From the human T2T-CHM13v2.0 reference genome, Homo sapiens, in assembly GCF_009914755.1 (NCBI RefSeq), contig NC_060935.1: 64,000 nucleotides of DNA, one strand, 5' to 3'. Below the pieces are notes generated by a model, which was not told the DNA's origin, ran no database searches, and saw only the letters and a program-made list of their open reading frames with translations. Below are positions 58,360 through 64,000 of the stretch, piece after piece (position 1 is the stretch's first letter; each line of letters begins with the position of its first letter). Position numbers and translations under genes: made by a program.

Positions 58360-59330
58360 AATTTCCAAGTGATTGTTTTTTGTTGTTTTCAATTTCTGGT
58401 AAGATTCTTTATTTTCATCTATTTTTTGTATTTTCTTTCCATTTTTTTGGAATACATTTATCACATTTAAAGTCCTTTTCTGTTAACTTGTCTGTTTAGA
58501 TCACCTGTGAATCTGTTTCTATTGTGTGTTGTTGTTGTTTTTTCCCTCTTAGATTTTGGCCATATGATCCTGTAGTTGGATCTGCCTAATAACTTTTTTA
58601 TTGAATGCTCGACATTGTATAGGCTGTACCTGCTGTGATCTTCCTCAAGAGGTGTTTTACTCATTGCTAGGCAGAGTAAAACCAATGATCTTAATCCAAT
58701 TAAAGCCTGAACTGAGTCCCTGCCGGGTTGTGTTTTGGTCAGATTTAGTTTACCTCTGGCTCACTCCTTTCCCAGAGCAGAGCCACCATTAGTTGAGAGC
58801 CTCCTGTGTTTACTGGGTCCCCTCCCCAGCAGGTCCTCAATTCTAGTCTTGCTGTTCAGTGCCTCAGAATGGCCAGAAAACACTCTCTGCTTTATAGAGA
58901 CTTTCGGCTGAGATTTTTTGGCCTTCTCCTCCATTCAGCTTCAGAATTCTGTAAATGACTTAAGGAGAAAATTGGGACCCTATATTTGAGGACCCTCAAG
59001 TCCTTAATTTTCTCTCTCTAGTCCCAAGGCTGCCAGAGCTCTGCTGGCTTCTTTGTCCCCCAGCAGCAGTCTTTGCTTCTTGCAAACCTGGGTTCTCAGC
59101 CTCTCATCCTGGGCCTAGAAATGACATACCCTCCGGAAGTGATTACAGAATATCAGCTCACCTCTTCACACTTTCCCCCCTCAGTAACTGTATCCTCTCC
59201 CATCCTTCTTGCTCCAGCAGGTCAATGGTGCCTTGAAACAGATGATTGTTATATTTCTTCTAGCATTTCTAGTTCTTAGTGGAAGCATTGATTGGCCACA
59301 AACTATCCCACCCTACCCCGAAGAGGAAGT
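58360..59330 (-). mobile_element. Ancient L1M 5'-region fragment
   Basis: T-rich; TTTAAAGTCCTTTTCTG...ATCTGTTTCTATTG...TTTTTATTGAATGCTCGACATTGT, typical of L1ME 5' ends. Confidence 0.55.
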
Positions 59331-60199
59331 CAGATGCTTACTATTAACACATAAAAACCACAGGATTACAAGAGCAGCTCTTAGCTGGGTGTCTTGGTAG
59401 CTGGCCCAGCCAACTAGGAGCAAACACTGTTTAAGGCATTCCCTTGAGTGTCTGGGCTGCCTCACCATGAAGAAGGCAGGGAAATGGATGGGAGTGTAAC
59501 TGTGGGCCCAGGAAGAAGGCATTCACTGGGATGAGGAATGAGTGTTCAGCAAGCCCAGGAGGCCTCGATACTTCATCAGGTTTCTAATGATTTTGTCAGA
59601 GTGTTAATCCCATGGGTGAGTAGCAGCATTTTGATACCAGCAAACAGATTGTGTTTCAGCCCAGATAATCCAATATGGAGATCTGCATGAGAGCCGAAAA
59701 TAATTAATCACATTTTAATGGGGTTGAGAGAGGCTAGTCAAGGATGCTTTACATTGGAAGTAGAGCAATGGGGGTCAGAAAGGGCGTGAGATGTAAGAGA
59801 GAGGTTGAACATGGGAGTAGCCCATATATATGCCAGAATGGAGTGTGCTTATGGATGTGGTATGGAAGAAAGAGAGGTTGTATGTGCAGAGAGCATTGTA
59901 TGGATATTCCCTTCCATCACAGAAACCTTTCTGCACCAGGTCTTGGGAAAACAGAGATAAAGACCAAAGTCCTACCCTTCAGGACTTCACAGTCTGATGG
60001 TAGAGGCTGACAAGTAACCAGATGATCAATAACAATAGTCCTAGGTGCTAGGATGGAAGAAGGCCCCTGCTGCATTGGGAGCACCAAGCCCAGTCAGGGC
60101 TTGGGTAAGCCACAGGGATGGGTGGAGGGCCTTCCAGGCAGAAGGAACAGGTTGAGGAATAGTGCTGCTACAATATTGAGATAACACGGACATAATTCT

Positions 60200-60950
60200 A
60201 TGGAAACCGGAAGTTTCCATTGCCTCTGCCCTTACCCTCGTCGAGCCTTCATAACCTCTTGCCTGGCAAGAGCCTCCTACCTGCCTCCCATCCCTCACTT
60301 CTTGAGCCTATTCTAAATGTTGAACCCATGCTTTTCTTCCCAAAATACAGACCTGGCTGTTGTTGACAGCCCAGGAATTTCTTAGGGTTTCTCTTATTTA
60401 TGAAATACCAACTCCTTAGTGTGCAGTATCCCTTCCATGATCCAGCCATACCCACCCTCCTTTCCTTCATCATCTTCCTCCATTCCCTCCCAACCCTACA
60501 CTGCACCCCTGTTCTAGAGTTCACTTGGCCACTCAGTATTCCTGTAGACAACCAGCACTTTCTTTGTCCCTTGGCTTTCTTGGTGGTGTTCCTTGTGCCT
60601 GAAATGTCCTTTCCTGCCATCTTCACCTGATGAAAAGTCTACCCTTTACCTCAGACCCAGATCACATATCACCTCCTTTCTGGAAACTTCCCTGATCCTC
60701 CCAGTCCAAATGAGTCATTTCTCTTCTGAGTTACCTGATAGTTTCCTCCTCTGTTAAAATAAATCACACTCTGCTCATCTCATAGCAGCTTTTGTCTCTG
60801 TCTGTTGGTTACTCCCACACCCCCGCCAGGGCAAACTCCTTGAAGGCAGGAGAACACCCTTTCATCTCCATGGTCTCCACCACAGCTCCTTTGGTGCCTT
60901 GTGCATTCCTGGTGCTCGATAAATATTTATTGATCGAATGAGTAAATGAG
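60200..60950 (+). mobile_element. L2 3' portion
   Basis: CAGACCCAGATCACATATCACCTCC...AAACTCCTTGAAGGCAGG...GGTGCTCGATAAATATTTATTGATCGAATGAGTAAATGA. Confidence 0.7.
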
Positions 60951-61809
60951 TATCGAATGGGCTTTCCATGTGTTTTGCTCCAGGTGTCTCTTATTGTAAT
61001 TAAAGTTTTTTTTTCCTTAGTCAATTTCAGGCAAAAAGCAACATAAATTTTATGTGAGGTTTGAGAAGGACTGTAAAAGTGATTTATGGTTGGGTAGGAG
61101 ATCTGTGCAAACAGGTTAGGAAAATGCTCAGAGTCAGCTTCTACCTGCTCCCCTCGTCACTCCAGACCCTAAATGCTGAAGCATAGCTGCCCTGTCGTCC
61201 TGGTGCGTGAGTGGCTTTAGTGTCTGGTGTTGAAGTGCTGAATAAAAAATGCTCACTCCTGAGAGCATGGTAAGATGTTTGTGGGTAGTGTTCACATAGA
61301 ATGCCCTGCAGCTTGATGTTCGAGAATGATCTTTTGTGTGGGCTTGTGCTTCTAGGCACATCTCTATTGTCCAGCCACATTCTCCCACTGCAATCCTTGG
61401 CAAAGCACACATGGGGCTGAAACCTGTGACCCTGCCTCCTGGTTTCACGCTCTCACCAGCTGAGCCCCCACACTGCAGCAAGAACTGGCTGCGCCAATCT
61501 CTTTTTATTCTAAGAGTGAAGTCGAGCATGGGCAGCCAGGCAGCTGGAGCCAGGGCCCTACCTGTCATGAATTGGAAGCCGGGTAACAGTAGTTGAACCT
61601 GCAGAGTGAGAATACCACCTGAGCAACCAAGATGGGTCCCAGAGGGGCCATTTCTCCCAAATGGGGACAGCAGCCCCGGGACCTGTGGCTTTGCTTTCTG
61701 ATGACTTTGCACCAACAGCCAGGTGTCTTGTTCCTTACCCTCCTCACCAGCCAATGTTCCTAAGGCCCAGATTTAACTTTCTCTTATTTTAGTTTCAGGC
61801 CATTTCTTC

Positions 61810-62080
61810 TTTTAATGGTGTCCCAAGCTGCCTGAAATAATTCTTGCCCTTCTTTTATGTGGCTCTGTCTCGCATATTTATGGGAAGTTATCACGTCCTT
61901 GTAGGCCCTCGTTCTCTAGGTTCCACATATTATGTTCATTTAACCTCCCTTTATAGGTCAAGCCTTCTAATTCCTTTAATCATTTTTATTGCCTTTCTTT
62001 GCATTCAGTCTCCCTCCTTGGCTTCTTTTTAGAACAAGAAAGCCAAAATTCCATAATGTGTTTCAAGAATGGTCTGAATA
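61810..62080 (-). mobile_element. L3/CR1 LINE fragment
   Basis: TAATCATTTTTATTGCCTTTCTTTG...AGCCAAAATTCCATAATGTGTTTCAAGAATGGTCTGA resembles the CR1 reverse complement. A similar piece lies at ~45000-45260. Confidence 0.5.
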
Positions 62081-63577
62081 GGGGGGCAGTCAGGGACCCC
62101 TGTTCTGGGGAGTGTTTGCTGCTTTCTCTCTGATGACGCTGTTGCATGTTTCTCATTTTATCTCGGCATCTACTGTTTTCAATTCACCTACCCTAAACTT
62201 CGCCTTTTCTGGGAATGGTCTTATTCTCACTGTGGCCGACTCCTCAGGCCTGGGATGGAGGCTTGGGAGACATTGAGAGCTCAGAAGCTCAGAAGTTAAG
62301 GTTGGGAAGATTCAGGGTGGAAGGAGGAGGGAACCAATAGACACCAGGCCCCTGCGATGTGACCAGCCTTGTGCAAGACACTTCGATGTGTGATTTCAGG
62401 GAACTCTCACAGAATCATGTGAGATGTAGATTATTGCCCCATCTTTGCAGTTAAGGAAACTGAGGCTCAGCATTGTTAAATAACTTTCTCAAGACCATAT
62501 AGCTAATAAATGATAACACCTAGGATTTGGACATGGGCTGTGAGATGACCCCCAAAAGTATTTTTTCCACTCTATGCAGCCTCCTTTAAAGAAAGTAGGA
62601 GAGAGGGGTTTGCAGTGGGAGCAATGTAAGAGTAGCATTTAGGTGAGGGAATGTTTTCCTCATCCCCATTGAACCCAGGTCCTGGAGACCAGTGGCTTTC
62701 TTCTGGCATGGCCTGAAATTTTAAAACTCACTTGATTTGTTCCAAATGCCTCTCCCTTTATCCTGAACTTTGCTTATTTCCTGCCTTGTATGCAGTGGGG
62801 CTCATGTGCCTGCTGATCCCCTGCCAGTGGCCTTAAGGGGAGTATTTAGGAACTGCTGTACTGTTGCCTGTTCCCAAGCTGGATGGGGAGCATTCTCCAG
62901 TTTAGAGTATGGGAATTTTCTCCACTGGTGGATGCTGCCCCAGTCCTTTGCTGCGCCTGATTAGGTCTTCGGTGAGCAATACCCTCCTATGATGTGCATG
63001 TGGTTGGATTGCACTGAACACAGCCCCTCTATGGGTGATGTCCCTTCCATCTCTCCCTGTGCCCAGCCAGCCAGGGGAGGATGTGATGGCTGCTGGGCCC
63101 AACAAGGCAGAGTGGCCAAGTGTCAGTGGTACCTGGCATGACAGTTGTCTTCCATGGCACTTGCTTGGGGGTAGGAAGACATCTGTCTCTGGGGAGGTGA
63201 CCAGAGCCTGTGATGATCTGGGGCAGGCCCAAGGAAAGCTGGCTCCAACCCTCCAGGGCATACTCAGCACCAGGAAGATTTTTAAGGCTCTGCTTCTCAG
63301 AATTAGCCCCACCGGGGCACAGTTACTCGTTTAAAACCTAAACCATTGTCTTTGTGCTGAGTGCTGGGGATACAGAGATGGGTGAGACATGGAGCTTGTG
63401 TTCAAGGAGCGAGCAGGCTAGTGGGGGAGGTGGTGCATAAACAGATCTTGACAATTCATGTGACCATGGCGGGGATAGAGATTTGCACTGTGGAGCCCGG
63501 GGGTGAGGCACCAAACATCCCAGAACAGGAGCGGTGGAGGCAGAAGTGGTTTTTGAGAGACACGTCCCTGGAGCTGA

Positions 63578-64000
<423 letters not shown>

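Overview
Human (primate) genomic DNA from within the GRIK4 locus (kainate receptor subunit GluK4/KA1, + strand). The only protein-coding sequence I can support is the first coding exon (31265-31396; CDS 31315-31396, [28 protein letters not shown], phase-1 donor). It is too short to appear in the ORF track. About 6.5 kb upstream lies a 108-nt 5'UTR exon (24703-24810) built from an antisense L2 tail, with its donor supplied by an antisense MIR. The rest is intron, dense in transposable elements: about 16 Alu elements or monomers, L1PA/L1M, L2, MIR, L3, MER41B, MLT1/MST, MER5 and microsatellites. No prokaryotic-type system, CRISPR array or RNA gene is present. The best 'system' candidate is a TE-derived translational-control cassette in the GRIK4 leader: a 43-codon in-frame uORF from the exonised L2 that stops 3 nt before the main AUG, plus further short and overlapping uORFs. 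Other notable items are a four-level nested insertion (L2 > MER41B with intact tandem GAS motifs > processed 3'UTR retrocopy > Alu), an L1PA with a ~55-bp target-site duplication, a perfect 60-bp-period tandem duplication around a hairpin, and a templated repair scar in an Alu. Repeat subfamily calls and old-repeat boundaries are by eye and approximate.
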